A stretch of DNA of 32,000 nucleotides from Candidatus Nitrosopumilus koreensis AR1 (GCF_000299365.1 NC_018655.1:1380001-1412000), one strand, 5' to 3'. Positions 1 through 9,463 are shown, numbered from the stretch's first letter. Made by a program: numbers and translations. The notes: generated by a model from the sequence alone, not told the origin.

Positions 1-1540
1 TATAGTCAGGACAACCGTCAGAGTCTTGGAATCTGTTGTAGGTTTCTTTTGCAGTAGGACATTGATCTACATCATCAAATATACCATCACCATCAAAGTC
101 ACCTATTGTTTTGTAAAGAATACTATCAGGACAACCGTCTTCATCTTGGAAGCCGTTGTAACGTTCAGCAATTGCAGGGCATTCATCTAAATGATCTGGA
201 ATTCCATCATAATCAGTATCAATCACATCACCAGCAGTTGTACCTACAACTTCAGGACAACCGTCTTCATCTAAAAATCCATTAAAGTTTTCTGGCTCAA
301 AGATACACGAATCCCATCTGTCTTCGATTCCATCACCGTCAGTGTCTGGGAATGTGTAAGTGGAATCTACAGCATCTACAGAGTCTGGGCAACCATCCCA
401 GTCTTGGAATTTATTATAAGTTTCAGGTTGATATGGACAATCATCTACAATATCAAAAATTCCATCTCTATCAGTATCAAGTTTGTATAAGGAATCATCA
501 GGACAACCGTCTTCATCTTGGAAGCCGTTGTATGTTTCAGGTTGTGTTGGACACAAGTCTACATTGTCAATTATCCCATCACCATCAGTATCAAAGGAAG
601 ATTTGTTATCTGCAACATAGTCAGGACAGCCGTCTTCATCTTGGAATTTGTTGTAAGTTTCAGGACTGAAAGGACAAGCATCATTATGATCTAATAATCC
701 ATCACCATCAGCATCACCAGTAATTTGTAATTGTAAAACATCAGGACAACCGTCTTCATCTTGGAATTTGTTGTAATTTTCACGTTCTAGTGGACATTCA
801 TCTACGGCATCAGGAATACCATCAAAATCAGCATCAGGAGCTTCAGGATTTGTTATTCCAGGAATGTCTGGGCAACCGTCCCAATCTAGATTATTGTTAT
901 AGTTTTCTGGCTCAAAAATACATGAATCCCATCTGTCTTCAATTCCATCACCATCAGCATCTGGGAATGTGTAAGTTGAGGGAACACCATCAATTACATC
1001 AGGACAGCCGTCAGTGTCTTGGAATCTATTATAGGTTTCAGGTTCTAGCGGACATGCATCTTTGCTGTCAGATATTCCGTCTTGATCACTGTCAATTACA
1101 GAACGATCATCATCAGGACAACCGTCAGTATCATCAATTCCATTAAATGTTTCAGGTCGGTTTGGACACAAGTCTAGATAATCAGGAAAACCATCACCAT
1201 CAGAATCAGCAACCCCTTTTGCACCGTCAGGGGACAAATCAGGACAACCGTCTTCATCTTGGAATCTGTTGTAGGTTTCTTTTACAGTTGGACAATTGTC
1301 AACGTGGTCTTGAACACCATCATAATCAGCATCATACCAAGGAACAAAGTCTGCAGGACAACCATCAATATTGTTACCATACTGAGGATCATAGTCTTCT
1401 AAGAGATTAGGACATTGATCAATATCGTTTGGTACACCGTCACCATCAGTATCAATTGTTTCGTTTGCATAGATACTGGGAGACATTCCTATGGATAGGG
1501 TGAGTAAAAGTAAAAATCCTAAAAGATAGTGTTGTTTCAT
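1..1540 (-). CDS. Secreted thrombospondin-type-3 (TSP3)/OmpA-like Ca-binding repeat protein, paralog A; N-terminus complete, C-terminal end runs off the window
   Basis: Absent from the supplied track because it has no stop inside the window. I translated the minus strand by hand from ATG 1540-1538 down to position 2 (513 codons, no stop). It starts MKQHYLLGFLLLLTLSIGMSPSIYA/NETIDTDGDGVPNDIDQCP (signal peptide). About 12 units of DxDxDG(I/V)xDxxDxCPxxxExxNxFQDxDGCPD follow. Confidence 0.85.
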   Translation of the reverse strand, partial: MKQHYLLGFLLLLTLSIGMSPSIYANETIDTDGDGVPNDIDQCPNLLEDYDPQYGNNIDGCPADFVPWYDADYDGVQDHVDNCPTVKETYNRFQDEDGCPDLSPDGAKGVADSDGDGFPDYLDLCPNRPETFNGIDDTDGCPDDDRSVIDSDQDGISDSKDACPLEPETYNRFQDTDGCPDVIDGVPSTYTFPDADGDGIEDRWDSCIFEPENYNNNLDWDGCPDIPGITNPEAPDADFDGIPDAVDECPLERENYNKFQDEDGCPDVLQLQITGDADGDGLLDHNDACPFSPETYNKFQDEDGCPDYVADNKSSFDTDGDGIIDNVDLCPTQPETYNGFQDEDGCPDDSLYKLDTDRDGIFDIVDDCPYQPETYNKFQDWDGCPDSVDAVDSTYTFPDTDGDGIEDRWDSCIFEPENFNGFLDEDGCPEVVGTTAGDVIDTDYDGIPDHLDECPAIAERYNGFQDEDGCPDSILYKTIGDFDGDGIFDDVDQCPTAKETYNRFQDSDGCPDY

Positions 1541-1551
1541 TTTATGAACAC

Positions 1552-3990
1552 CTAAGGGTCAGGACATCCATCAGTGTCTAAGTCACCGTCATAGTCCTCT
1601 GGTTCAAGTGGACATAAATCATATTCATTGATAATGTCATCTAGATCAGCATCATGTTTGTATCTTGATTGTTCAGGTGCAATGTCTGGACAGCCATCTT
1701 CGTCATTGTATTTGTTCCATGATTCTTTGAGGTTTGGACATAAATCAACATCATCACTTATTCCATCTTTATCATTATCAACTATCATATTTCCAAGTGG
1801 AAGAATGTCTGGGCAACCGTCATAGTCAACATATCTATTCCAAGTTTCACTTTGTGTTGGACACATATCCATTACATCAGGAACACCATCGCCATCAGAA
1901 TCAGGTTGAGTATTATCAGTGTCTGGGCAGCCATCATCATCTTGGAAGCCATTATAATTTTCTGCAACTAATGGACATTCATCATCAATATCATTAATTC
2001 CATCATTGTCTGAATCAACTACAAATGACTCAGATATAGTGTCTGGGCAGCCATCATCATCTTGGAATTTATTCCAAGTTTCTTTTGCAGTTGGACATGC
2101 ATCTATTGCATCAGGAATTCCATCTCTGTCTCTATCATGACTTAGAATGTAATTATCTGGGCAACCGTCACGATCAAGAATTCCATTATAGGTTTCAGGT
2201 TGGTTTGGACAATGATCATTGTAATCATTAATTCCATCATGGTCTGAATCTGGTAGACCTTTGTTGTCAGATACAGAATCAGGACAGCCGTCTAGGTCTT
2301 GGAATTTATTGTAAGTTTCTGGACTTAATGGACATTCATCAAGGGAATCTATTATTCCATCAAAGTCAGTATCTAAACTGGTAATAAAGTCAGGATAATC
2401 GGGGCAACCGTCTTCATCTTGGAAGCCGTTGTATCTTTCTCTTTCCAATGGACACTCATCAACTGAATCAAGTATTCCATCATAGTCAGAGTCTGCCTCA
2501 GATGGGTTATCTGGGCAACCGTCTTCATCATTATATCTATTCCAAGTTTCTGCAGTTGAAGGACACTGATCTAATTCATCTCTAATACCATCACCATCAG
2601 AATCTAAAACTGCAATATCGGGACAGCCGTCAGCGTCTTGATATCCATTTACAGTTTCAGGTTCAAGTGGACATTTATCGTTCAAATCAGTAATTCCATC
2701 ACCATCAAAATCTAATGCAGACAATCCAGATGTAGAATCAGGACAGCCGTCTAGGTCTTGGAATTTATTGTAAGTTTCTTTGGCAGTAGGACATTCATCA
2801 AGAGAATCGATAATTCCGTCTCTATCACGGTCTCCAGAACCATAAGTGTCAGGACATCCATCTCTATCTTGGAAGCCATTAAAAATTTCTGGTTGGTTTG
2901 GACACAAATCAATGTTATCAATTATTCCATCACCATCAGAGTCAGATGCTCCTTTGTTATCTGCAACAAAGTCAGGACAACCGTCTAGGTCTTGGAATTT
3001 ATTGTAAGTTTCTTTGGCATTGGGACATTGATCAATACTATTTGGAATACCATCAAGATCAGAATCACTATCACTTGAATAAGGAGGAATATCAGGACAA
3101 CCGTCTTCATCTTGGAAGCCGTTGTAACGTTCAGGTTCTAAGGGACATGCATCATCAATGTCCATTATTCTATCACCATCTGCATCATTTAGGGAACCAG
3201 TAAAAGATGGGATGGAATCAGGACAACCGTCATAGTCAGCAAATCTATTGAAAGTTTCAGGATCAGTAGGACAAATATCAAATTGGTTTGCAATGCCATC
3301 ACCATCAGTGTCAATAAAGGATGAATCTAATGCAACATCAGGACAGCCATCAGTGTCTCTATAATCATTAAACACTTCAGGTTCTGTTGGACACAAGTCT
3401 CTTGAATCTTGGATTCCATCATTATCAGTATCTACAAAAGCAGAGTCAGTAACAGAATCAGGACAACCGTCTTCATCTTGGAATCTATTGTAAGTCTCTG
3501 GACTTAATGGACATGCATCAATTGAGTCAGGAACACCGTCTCTATCACGGTCTCCAGAACCAAAAGTGTCAGGACAACCGTCTCTATCTAAAACGCCATT
3601 AAATGTTTCAGGCTGTGTTGGACACAAGTCTACAGTATCTACAAAGCCATCCCCATCAGAATCAGGCAATCCTCCTTTTCCACCTTGAGGAGAGATATCA
3701 GGACAACCGTCTTCATCTTGGAAGCCGTTGTATCGTTCTTTAAGACTTGGGCATTGATCAATATGATCTTCTATTCCATCATAGTCTTCATCATACCATG
3801 GAACAAAGTTTGATGGACATCCATCTATAGTGCTTTGATAATCTTCACGTAAATTTGGACACGCATCTACAGCGTCATCAACACCATCATTGTCCAAATC
3901 ACCTTCTACTGCAAATGCAGGATTGATGGGCATGCTGGTTAAAGTCGTTAATAATAACAATAGAAATGGTAAAGTATGTATTTTCTTCAA
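1552..3990 (-). CDS. Secreted TSP3/OmpA-like Ca-binding repeat protein, paralog B (812 aa)
   Basis: Long ORF with signal peptide MKKIHTLPFLLLLLTTLTSMPINPAFA. I count 20 DGCP(D) units, each preceded by DxDxDGxxDxxDxCP. The start codon is TTG (no in-frame ATG nearby). Its stop lies 11 nt upstream of the paralog A start, so the two are probably co-transcribed. Confidence 0.9.
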   Translation of the reverse strand: MKKIHTLPFLLLLLTTLTSMPINPAFAVEGDLDNDGVDDAVDACPNLREDYQSTIDGCPSNFVPWYDEDYDGIEDHIDQCPSLKERYNGFQDEDGCPDISPQGGKGGLPDSDGDGFVDTVDLCPTQPETFNGVLDRDGCPDTFGSGDRDRDGVPDSIDACPLSPETYNRFQDEDGCPDSVTDSAFVDTDNDGIQDSRDLCPTEPEVFNDYRDTDGCPDVALDSSFIDTDGDGIANQFDICPTDPETFNRFADYDGCPDSIPSFTGSLNDADGDRIMDIDDACPLEPERYNGFQDEDGCPDIPPYSSDSDSDLDGIPNSIDQCPNAKETYNKFQDLDGCPDFVADNKGASDSDGDGIIDNIDLCPNQPEIFNGFQDRDGCPDTYGSGDRDRDGIIDSLDECPTAKETYNKFQDLDGCPDSTSGLSALDFDGDGITDLNDKCPLEPETVNGYQDADGCPDIAVLDSDGDGIRDELDQCPSTAETWNRYNDEDGCPDNPSEADSDYDGILDSVDECPLERERYNGFQDEDGCPDYPDFITSLDTDFDGIIDSLDECPLSPETYNKFQDLDGCPDSVSDNKGLPDSDHDGINDYNDHCPNQPETYNGILDRDGCPDNYILSHDRDRDGIPDAIDACPTAKETWNKFQDDDGCPDTISESFVVDSDNDGINDIDDECPLVAENYNGFQDDDGCPDTDNTQPDSDGDGVPDVMDMCPTQSETWNRYVDYDGCPDILPLGNMIVDNDKDGISDDVDLCPNLKESWNKYNDEDGCPDIAPEQSRYKHDADLDDIINEYDLCPLEPEDYDGDLDTDGCPDP

Positions 3991-4016
3991 TGCCTAAAAT
4001 ATTCCTGAGGATCCAG

Positions 4017-4024
4017 TTATTAAA
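4017..4024 (-). promoter_or_regulatory. TATA-like box (TTTAATAA on minus strand) for TSP3 paralog B
   Basis: AT-rich octamer with 26 nt between it and the TTG start at 3990. The same spacing is seen at several other first genes in this window. Confidence 0.35.
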
Positions 4025-4098
4025 CCTCACTCTAAATTTGGCTAAAAATATCAAAGGTTTTGGTAAAAATTTCAGTCTTGAACAAAAAACTCGATCAA

Positions 4099-4106
4099 TT
4101 TAAGTA
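4099..4106 (+). promoter_or_regulatory. TATA-like box (TTTAAGTA) for taw1
   Basis: 22 nt upstream of ATG 4129, in the divergent intergenic region shared with the TSP3 gene. Confidence 0.3.
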
Positions 4107-4128
4107 AACCAAAACAAGATCTGGACTC

Positions 4129-5157
4129 ATGAGTTGTTCAGGTGAAGTAGTTGATAATGAAGAACAATTAATTCAAATCAAGCCTGCAATATCTGAACAA
4201 CTAAAGAAAGCAAAGTATGGTGTTTCTGATCATTCAACTGTAGAACTATGTCACTGGACAAAAAAATCATTCAAGCATGAAGGTAGTTGCTACAAACACA
4301 AGTTTTATGGGATTTCGACTCATCGATGTATGGAATTTTCACCAGCAGGAATGCATTGTGAGAATCGTTGTGTTTATTGTTGGAGGCCAATGGAGTTTTA
4401 TGATTCGCTAGAAATGAAACCAGAACAAGTTGCAGAGCCTAAAGAAATTCTAACTAAACTAATGGCTGAAAGAAAAAAATTGATCAATGGATATTATGGA
4501 GATTCAAGAAATGACAAACAAAGATTAGATGAATCATTACTTCCCAGTCATTATGCTATTTCACTTTCAGGAGAACCTACAATGTATCCTAAATTACCAG
4601 AATTAATAAAATATCTAAATTCACTTGAAGCAACAAAATCAATTTTTCTTGTTACAAATGGCCAAGAACCAGATATGATTCAGAGACTACAAGACGAAGA
4701 TGCACTTCCAACACAATTGTATTTATCAACTAATGCAGCAGACTATGAATCATTTTTAAAAATTAACAAACCAAAATATGATGATTCATGGGAAAGATGG
4801 AACAGAACACTTGGCATGTTAAAACACCTTAACACTCGAACGGTTCTAAGAATTACGTTGATTAGAAATTACAATGATCAAAAAGAAATGATTCCAGCAT
4901 TTGCTAAAATGTTTAAAGAATCAAGTCCACATTTCATTGAAATAAAATCTTACATGCACATTGGACGTTCCACTAACAGACTAGAACACTCCAACATGTT
5001 AGAAATGGAAGAAGTGAAAAAATTCAGCGAACAAGTTGCAAAACAGAGTCAGATATTTTCAGTAATGGATGAAAGTTTTGTTTCAAGAATTTCAATTTTA
5101 CAAAACAATAAAAGATTTATTGATCGTTGGATTCCAGCTTATGCAAATACCAATTAG
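4129..5157 (+). CDS. taw1: Radical-SAM 4-demethylwyosine synthase (Taw1/TYW1 family)
   Basis: 342 aa. It has a CxxxCxxC radical-SAM motif (HCENRCVYCWRP). Three upstream Cys precede it (LCHW, SCYK, HRCME), typical of the auxiliary cluster of TYW1/Taw1. ISLSGEPTMYP is a SAM-binding-like stretch. Confidence 0.8.
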   Translation: MSCSGEVVDNEEQLIQIKPAISEQLKKAKYGVSDHSTVELCHWTKKSFKHEGSCYKHKFYGISTHRCMEFSPAGMHCENRCVYCWRPMEFYDSLEMKPEQVAEPKEILTKLMAERKKLINGYYGDSRNDKQRLDESLLPSHYAISLSGEPTMYPKLPELIKYLNSLEATKSIFLVTNGQEPDMIQRLQDEDALPTQLYLSTNAADYESFLKINKPKYDDSWERWNRTLGMLKHLNTRTVLRITLIRNYNDQKEMIPAFAKMFKESSPHFIEIKSYMHIGRSTNRLEHSNMLEMEEVKKFSEQVAKQSQIFSVMDESFVSRISILQNNKRFIDRWIPAYANTN

Positions 5158-5692
5158 AAAATTTTCTTAAAGCCTTGAATCTGTGTGATAATTCATTTTT
5201 ACATTTTATTTCTGCAAATGTTTTTTTAGAATTTTTTGGAATGAAAATTGGATCATATCCCCAACCTTTACCCTTTTGAATTTTCGAAATTGTCCCATCT
5301 AGTTTGGCATCAAATGATTCTAAAATTTTTTTGTCACAGTAAGTAATGATTGAAACAAACTTTGCTTTTCTTTTTGTTGTAACAAGTTTTAGAATTCCTT
5401 TGTTGCCAATTGTTTTGAATACATAAGATGAGTATGGGCCTGGAAATCCATTCAAAGAGTCAATGAATAAACCATCATCTTCAATTATTATCGGTTTTTT
5501 ACATTTTGAAAATGCATCCAGTGCTTTTTTTTCTGCAATTTCTTTTAATGAATTAGATTGTATTTCTTCCAAACTTAATTTAAGAAAACCTAACTTTATT
5601 CCAAACGAGTTCAGAATATTTTTGGCCTCTTTGTATTTATGGGAATTTGAAGATACAAAAAAAATATCAAACGACTTGTGCATACCTACCAC
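5117..5692 (-). CDS. Non-canonical purine NTP pyrophosphatase (HAM1/RdgB/ITPase family)
   Basis: 191 aa with FVSSNSHKYKEA, EDDGLFIDSLNGFPGPYSS, GWGYDPIF and SHR motifs characteristic of ITPases. The 3' end overlaps the taw1 3' end by 41 nt (convergent). Confidence 0.85.
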   Translation of the reverse strand: MVGMHKSFDIFFVSSNSHKYKEAKNILNSFGIKLGFLKLSLEEIQSNSLKEIAEKKALDAFSKCKKPIIIEDDGLFIDSLNGFPGPYSSYVFKTIGNKGILKLVTTKRKAKFVSIITYCDKKILESFDAKLDGTISKIQKGKGWGYDPIFIPKNSKKTFAEIKCKNELSHRFKALRKFSNWYLHKLESNDQ

Positions 5693-6287
5693 GACTTTCT
5701 ATATCAGATACTAATTTAGTAATTTTCACATAATTGGCACTTCCAACTATTGATTTGTATCCAAGTAGAAAATTTTTCCAAGCAGATTCCATGATTTTTG
5801 CATGAGCACTATTCAATATTTCTTTGATTAATCTTAAATCAACAGCATGATCCTCAGGCTTGATTGTATTTTGAGACAAACCAAAATCAATTACATATAC
5901 AGTATTTTTGTATAAAATAAAATTCGAGGTGGTTAGATCTCCATGCATAATGCCATTTTTGTGAAGCATGCCGACTAATTTTCCAATTATTTTTGATAGA
6001 TGAATAATTTTTGATTCTGATAAATCATGAATGGGCTTTCCCGGTATTTCCTGCATAATGATTGAAGAGTTTTCCAAGTTTACAAAATAAACAAGAGGTG
6101 TAGGGATTCCAAATGATTTTACTTGAGAAATTATTTGTGATTCTTTAATTGTTCGTTGCTTACGAATTTTTGAATCAAGTGAAGGATTACGATAATTTTT
6201 TGTTTTTCTAATTTTTAGGATAGCGCGAAAATCTTGCCATGTTATTTGATAAATATCTGCCTCAGCTCCTTTCTTGATTAGTTTCAT
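5667..6287 (-). CDS. bud32: KEOPS kinase/ATPase Bud32 (PRPK family)
   Basis: GAEADIY glycine-loop equivalent, HGDLTTSNFIL catalytic loop and VIDFGLS (DFG). The track ORF starts at TTG 6302. I prefer ATG 6287 (MKLIKKGAEADIY) because it gives the usual Bud32 N-terminus and has a TATA-like TTTTTATTG 22 nt upstream. Confidence 0.85.
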   Translation of the reverse strand: MKLIKKGAEADIYQITWQDFRAILKIRKTKNYRNPSLDSKIRKQRTIKESQIISQVKSFGIPTPLVYFVNLENSSIIMQEIPGKPIHDLSESKIIHLSKIIGKLVGMLHKNGIMHGDLTTSNFILYKNTVYVIDFGLSQNTIKPEDHAVDLRLIKEILNSAHAKIMESAWKNFLLGYKSIVGSANYVKITKLVSDIESRGRYAQVV

Positions 6288-6324
6288 TAACGTTATATTC
6301 AAATGAATTCAATAAAAATTGATC

Positions 6325-6648
6325 ATGGAAGAAGGAGAAAAAAGAATAAAACAAGAAGATTGCAGTGAAGACGTTTTAGGATCAGGAATTCTTACATTAA
6401 CTAACAAAAGATTAGCTTTTGATAAAACCAGAGCAAGAATGATGGATTTCTCAAAACATATGGGAGACACAATATTAAATGTCACATTAGATAATGTGAC
6501 TAAAACATGGAAAGAAGGATTACTAATGAAAAAGGTATGTTTTATTGCAAAAACAAGCGAAGGAGACAAGACCTACAAATTTGGTGTATTTAATACAAAA
6601 AATTGGCTCAAAAGTATCAATGAGGCAATTGAGAATTACAAAAACTAG
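6325..6648 (+). CDS. Small hypothetical protein with PH/GRAM-like signature
   Basis: The ORF codes sensibly, whereas the overlapping minus-strand 86-aa ORF is low-complexity. GSGILTLTNKRLAFDK resembles the first strands of GRAM/bacterial-PH domains, a weak match made by eye only. The track start is TTG 6319; the first ATG is at 6325. Confidence 0.5.
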   Translation: MEEGEKRIKQEDCSEDVLGSGILTLTNKRLAFDKTRARMMDFSKHMGDTILNVTLDNVTKTWKEGLLMKKVCFIAKTSEGDKTYKFGVFNTKNWLKSINEAIENYKN

Positions 6649-7628
6649 TAATTGACTTTAACAGTATCTAATCTCCAAGATTGTGTAACAAAAGTATCTT
6701 TGAGTAAAGCTCCTTTCTTGACTTTAGATTCTAAAAGACCAGTCCAGCAAATTTGGCTACCACAATCGCCAGCATATCTTAATGGAACAACATAAAATTT
6801 GGAACCGTGGCGCTTACACACATCCTGCAGCATTTCAGATAATCTTTTGTTAGCAGCGACACCACCTACAACCATTAATTCCTTTTTTCTTGTAAAAGAT
6901 AAAGCACGTTCTACAGCTTCTGAAATCATTGCAAATGCAGTTTCTTGAAGAGAATAGCATGCATCAGATTTATTTTTTCTTGCTACAGATTTTGTTGCTG
7001 AAAGTAATCCAGAAAATGATACATCATTTCCCTTTACTGAATACGGTAATGTAACATAGTTTGAAGATGTTGACGCTAATTCTTCTATATTTTTTCCACA
7101 AGGAGATGCAAAACCTATTGATCTTCCAAACTGATCAAGCAGTTGGCCCAAAGTAATATCCAGGGTTTCACCAAATACCCTCCATTGTTTATTTAGAAAT
7201 GCCAAAAGCATTGTATGACCACCAGATACTAAAAGAACCAAAGGATTACTTGCACCAGTCAATAATTTTCCCAATTCAATATGTCCTAATGCATGATTAA
7301 CAGGATAAATTGGAATTTTATAAAATGAAGCCAGTGATCTTGCAACTACAGCTCCAACACGCAAACAAGGTCCTAATCCAGGACCTGCAGCATAAGATAC
7401 AATATCTAAATCATTAATTTTGATATTTGCTTCGTCAAGACATTCAGATAATACAGATGAACTGTTCTCAATATGATGTCGTGAGGCCTCTCTAGGATGA
7501 ATTCCTTCTCCATCCGCAGGACGAAATATTTTCCGGACATCTGAGAGAATCTTTCCCTTGTTTCCCTTTTTTTCTATAACTGCACATGAAAATGTATGAG
7601 CTGTGCTTTCTATTCCTAATCCTAACAT
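6645..7628 (-). CDS. kae1: tRNA N6-adenosine threonylcarbamoyltransferase Kae1 (TsaD/Kae1/Qri7 family)
   Basis: 327 aa: LGIESTAHTFS, metal-binding NHALGHIE, SGGHT and VVGGVAANKRL. It starts 1 nt after the ychF stop, with an AGGGGA Shine-Dalgarno-like motif 4 nt upstream. Confidence 0.9.
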   Translation of the reverse strand: MLGLGIESTAHTFSCAVIEKKGNKGKILSDVRKIFRPADGEGIHPREASRHHIENSSSVLSECLDEANIKINDLDIVSYAAGPGLGPCLRVGAVVARSLASFYKIPIYPVNHALGHIELGKLLTGASNPLVLLVSGGHTMLLAFLNKQWRVFGETLDITLGQLLDQFGRSIGFASPCGKNIEELASTSSNYVTLPYSVKGNDVSFSGLLSATKSVARKNKSDACYSLQETAFAMISEAVERALSFTRKKELMVVGGVAANKRLSEMLQDVCKRHGSKFYVVPLRYAGDCGSQICWTGLLESKVKKGALLKDTFVTQSWRLDTVKVNY

Positions 7629-7629
7629 T

Positions 7630-8826
7630 TTATCCCCTGCTTAGAGTTGAAACAATTTTGATCACATCACCATTTTTTAGTTTTTGATCACCACTGATTC
7701 TTTGTTTTGTTTTACAGTCAATTGCATGCAAGAATCCTTTTGCTATATCAGCATGAATTAATCCTGCCAAGTCTTTTGCAGTAGAATCTTGTGGAAGTAA
7801 TTTAGTATCAGGTAAAACCATACCGTCCTTATTGGTAAGTTTAGTCTCATCTTCAACTGGATAAACTACTATAAAGTTAAGAGAGTCAAATACGGCGGTG
7901 TTTAAGATTTTTTGAATCCCAGTAGACGGAATTTTTTCAAATACTGTTTTTACCAAATCAAGAGCTTTTTGTTGAGGAGGTGCAATCTCTTTTCCTTCAG
8001 GAATTGTGAACCCTTCATCTCCAGAAGAGTAATTTACAATACCAGCTTTTGATGCTTTACGTAGTAACAGTTCAGTTTCAGCACTACAAGGAATAACACT
8101 ACCATCAATTTTTTTGATAATTTCCAGATCAGGACACAAATCAGCTTTGTTTGCAGCAATAATCATAGGTTTTGTATTTTTTCGTAGTTCTTTTGCAAAT
8201 GATACCATGTCATCATCATTCCATTCTTTTGGATCTCGTGAGATAAAACCTAGTTTTTGCAAAACATCCTGTACTTGAAAGTCTTTAATTCCCAAACCAG
8301 TAAACCGTTTTGCAATTCCATCTGTAAGTTTAGCTCTTTTTTGATGAATTTCTCTAGTAATTTTATCCCACTCACGTTTTAAAATATCAGCAAACCATTG
8401 ATCAAATTCATCTTGAACAAATTCCACATCTTCAAGAGGATCATGAGTTCCTGGTGGAACAGGTTGTCCTTGAATGTCAGTAGTTCCAGCAATATCAACA
8501 ACGTGAATCAAAACTTCAGCTTGTCTTGCATCATCAAGAAATTGATTTCCTAATCCCTTTCCTTCATGGGCTCCAGGAACCAATCCAGCAACATCAATGA
8601 GTTTGACAGGGATGAATCTAGTTCCTTTAACACATAATTCATTTTGATGTTCAATTTTGAAATGTTTACAAGCACAATCAGATTTTACATATGCAACACC
8701 AACATTGGGCTCAATTGTTGTAAATGGAAAATTTCCTGAAGCTACAGGTGTCTCAGTAGCAGCTGAAAAAAAGGTAGATTTTCCAACATTTGCTTTACCA
8801 AGTAAACCAATTTGCAATGATCTCAA
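7630..8826 (-). CDS. ychF: YchF/OLA1-type Obg-like P-loop ATPase/GTPase with C-terminal TGS-like domain
   Basis: [14 protein letters not shown] (G1), [11 protein letters not shown] (G2), DVAGLV (G3), NKAD (G4), and a C-terminal GDVIKIV TGS-like end. Both candidate starts are TTG (8826 or 8817). Confidence 0.8.
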   Translation of the reverse strand: MRSLQIGLLGKANVGKSTFFSAATETPVASGNFPFTTIEPNVGVAYVKSDCACKHFKIEHQNELCVKGTRFIPVKLIDVAGLVPGAHEGKGLGNQFLDDARQAEVLIHVVDIAGTTDIQGQPVPPGTHDPLEDVEFVQDEFDQWFADILKREWDKITREIHQKRAKLTDGIAKRFTGLGIKDFQVQDVLQKLGFISRDPKEWNDDDMVSFAKELRKNTKPMIIAANKADLCPDLEIIKKIDGSVIPCSAETELLLRKASKAGIVNYSSGDEGFTIPEGKEIAPPQQKALDLVKTVFEKIPSTGIQKILNTAVFDSLNFIVVYPVEDETKLTNKDGMVLPDTKLLPQDSTAKDLAGLIHADIAKGFLHAIDCKTKQRISGDQKLKNGDVIKIVSTLSRG

Positions 8827-8889
8827 GAATCTAATTCTACTTATTAGTATTGCAGAAATCGTTTAATGGTCACAAAACAAAATTACAGC

Positions 8890-9438
8890 ATGTCAATAGT
8901 CATTACAGGGAACCCAGGGGTTGGAAAACATACCATTGCAAAAGAACTTGCACAAAAAATACAATTAGAAATAATGGATATTAATCAAATAGCAAAAGAT
9001 TCAGGGTTATTTGAAAAAAATGATGAGTCAAATGATGTTGATACAGAAAAACTCAAAGAAATTCTAAAAGAAAAGATTTCAAATAAATGCATAATTGTAG
9101 GCCATTTGGCACCATATGTTCTAGATAAAAATAGAGTCAGTACTGTTATTGTATTGAGACGCAACCCATATGATTTAATCAAAGTCTACAAACAAAGGGG
9201 ATATACTGAAAAAAAGAGTAAAGAAAATGCCAGCAGTGAAATTTTAGGTATCATTACATATGATGCAAAAAATCAATTTGAAGAAAAAGTTGTGCAAATC
9301 AACGTTAGTGAAAATGAAATGCAAGATATTCTAAATAAAATACAGGCATCTATTTCAGGCAATCAGAATTCTGAAGAAATAGATTGGCTTGAGTCAGTTA
9401 CCAAAAATAATGATTTGAAAAAATTTTTTGTTGATTGA
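8890..9438 (+). CDS. Adenylate kinase isoenzyme-6/Fap7-like NTPase (small-subunit rRNA maturation factor)
   Basis: P-loop ITGNPGVGKHTIAKELA at the extreme N-terminus, size about 180 aa, and a VLRRNPYDLIKVYKQRGY LID-like motif. The track start is 8866. I prefer ATG 8890 (MSIVITGNPGVGK), which has TTTAATGG 21 nt upstream. Confidence 0.7.
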   Translation: MSIVITGNPGVGKHTIAKELAQKIQLEIMDINQIAKDSGLFEKNDESNDVDTEKLKEILKEKISNKCIIVGHLAPYVLDKNRVSTVIVLRRNPYDLIKVYKQRGYTEKKSKENASSEILGIITYDAKNQFEEKVVQINVSENEMQDILNKIQASISGNQNSEEIDWLESVTKNNDLKKFFVD

Positions 9439-9463
9439 TTAAATAATACCTTTTGATTTGAAA

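Larger units (their letters stand above)
1..3990 (-). repeat. Coding tandem repeats (about 105-125 nt period) shared by both TSP3 paralogs, with long identical nucleotide cores
   Basis: The plus-strand core atcaggacaaccgtcttcatcttggaagccgttgta (antisense of YNGFQDEDGCPD) occurs identically at 125, 497, 3091 and 3697. The copies at 125 and 3091 stay identical for 43 nt. Many near-copies (caggaca[ag]ccgtc...) occur at roughly 120-nt spacing. Confidence 0.9.

Noticed and set aside
352-3203. Plus-strand ORFs (352-669, 790-1146, 1147-1410, 1628-1825, 1734-1997, 2758-2988, 2898-3203) encoding His/Gln/Leu-rich peptides
   Set aside because: They are antisense shadows of the TSP3-repeat genes. Their periodicity simply mirrors the minus-strand repeat. 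The minus-strand frame is open for 513 and 812 codons and carries a clear signal peptide and domain motif.
1-3990. Regularly spaced identical 36-43-nt repeats that could be mistaken for a CRISPR array
   Set aside because: The repeats sit inside long ORFs. The intervening segments are themselves homologous repeat sequence rather than unique spacers, the period varies, and no leader or cas genes are present.
6309-6569. Minus-strand 86-aa ORF between bud32 and kae1
   Set aside because: It has a low-complexity, hydrophobic shadow-like sequence that fully overlaps the better-looking plus-strand ORF, and there is no start-site context.
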